Shown here piece after piece: positions 63,644 to 64,000 of a stretch of DNA of 64,000 bases. Each line of letters opens with the position of its first letter. Position 1 is the stretch's first letter. The position numbers and the translations under genes were made by a program. The DNA is from Blastocatellia bacterium (lineage in GTDB: Bacteria; Acidobacteriota; Blastocatellia; RBC074). The stretch is from contig JBJXFR010000208.1 of assembly GCA_046155785.1 (NCBI GenBank), positions 18-64,017 of the forward strand. The letters run 5' to 3'. The notes beneath the pieces are model-generated. The model ran no database searches and was not told the origin of the DNA. It saw only the letters and a program-made list of their open reading frames with translations.

Positions 63644-64000
63644 TCAGTCAAACGCTGTCTCTGCTTCAGACGCGTCAACGCTTTTCCCGGCTTCGCGGAC
63701 TTTTCGCCGCACCAGATCGTAACTAAACCCTCGTCGCATCAAATAATCGAACAGCTTCTTTGCGGCTTCGGGCGTGGTTGGCGCGCCCTTCAGTCGTAAT
63801 CGTTTGGCGATGGCTCGGTCAATCAATTGTTCTTCGGCGTCGCCGTCATAAATCTGATCCAGCGTTTGTTCGGTGACTTCGCGTGACAGCTTTTTGCGCT
63901 GCAAATCCTGACGCAATCGAGTTTTCCCCAGCGGTCTGACCGTCAATCTGGAACTGGCGTAACTGGCTGCAAACTGTTCGTCATCCAAATATCGAAGTTC
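63644..64000 (-). CDS. recX: Regulatory protein RecX, C-terminal part (starts beyond window end)
   Basis: YLDDEQFA, GKTRLRQDLQRK, YLMRRGFSY. Confidence 0.88.
   Translation of the reverse strand, partial: ELRYLDDEQFAASYASSRLTVRPLGKTRLRQDLQRKKLSREVTEQTLDQIYDGDAEEQLIDRAIAKRLRLKGAPTTPEAAKKLFDYLMRRGFSYDLVRRKVREAGKSVDASEAETAFD

Overview
A GC-rich (estimated ~55%) bacterial chromosome segment, most likely from Acidobacteriota (Blastocatellia-like), judging from the acidobacterial VWA and TIGR03437-type proteins. Most of it is housekeeping: prkA/yhbH, truB, rseP, mfd, the yggS-yggT-yggU cluster, selA, lpxB/lpxL, rpmE-prfA-prmC, lpdA-E2-lipB-lipA, gpmA, xerC, holB, ffh-rpsP-khpA-rimM-trmD-rplS, a GT-C/YfhO cluster and recX. 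Five things stand out. (1) A tRNA-Arg(UCU) gene is split after anticodon position 34 by a 652-nt group I intron encoding an I-Ssp6803I-like PD-(D/E)XK homing endonuclease. (2) Two unannotated intergenic structured-RNA candidates (~31.6 kb and ~50.3 kb) share a sigma54-like GG-N10-GC element, an identically spaced GGTGGGG start, a CCCAC-loop hairpin and a GGCCACCC end. (3) A lower-GC islet encodes a Cys-rich tandem-domain secreted protein and a partner, beside an hspR pseudogene. (4) One GTAG-type REP is translated in-frame as the identical peptide [10 protein letters not shown] in both Mfd and YfhO. (5) Several inverted heptamer-repeat elements sit at gene junctions and inside ORFs. All calls come from reading the sequence by eye; no database searches were run.
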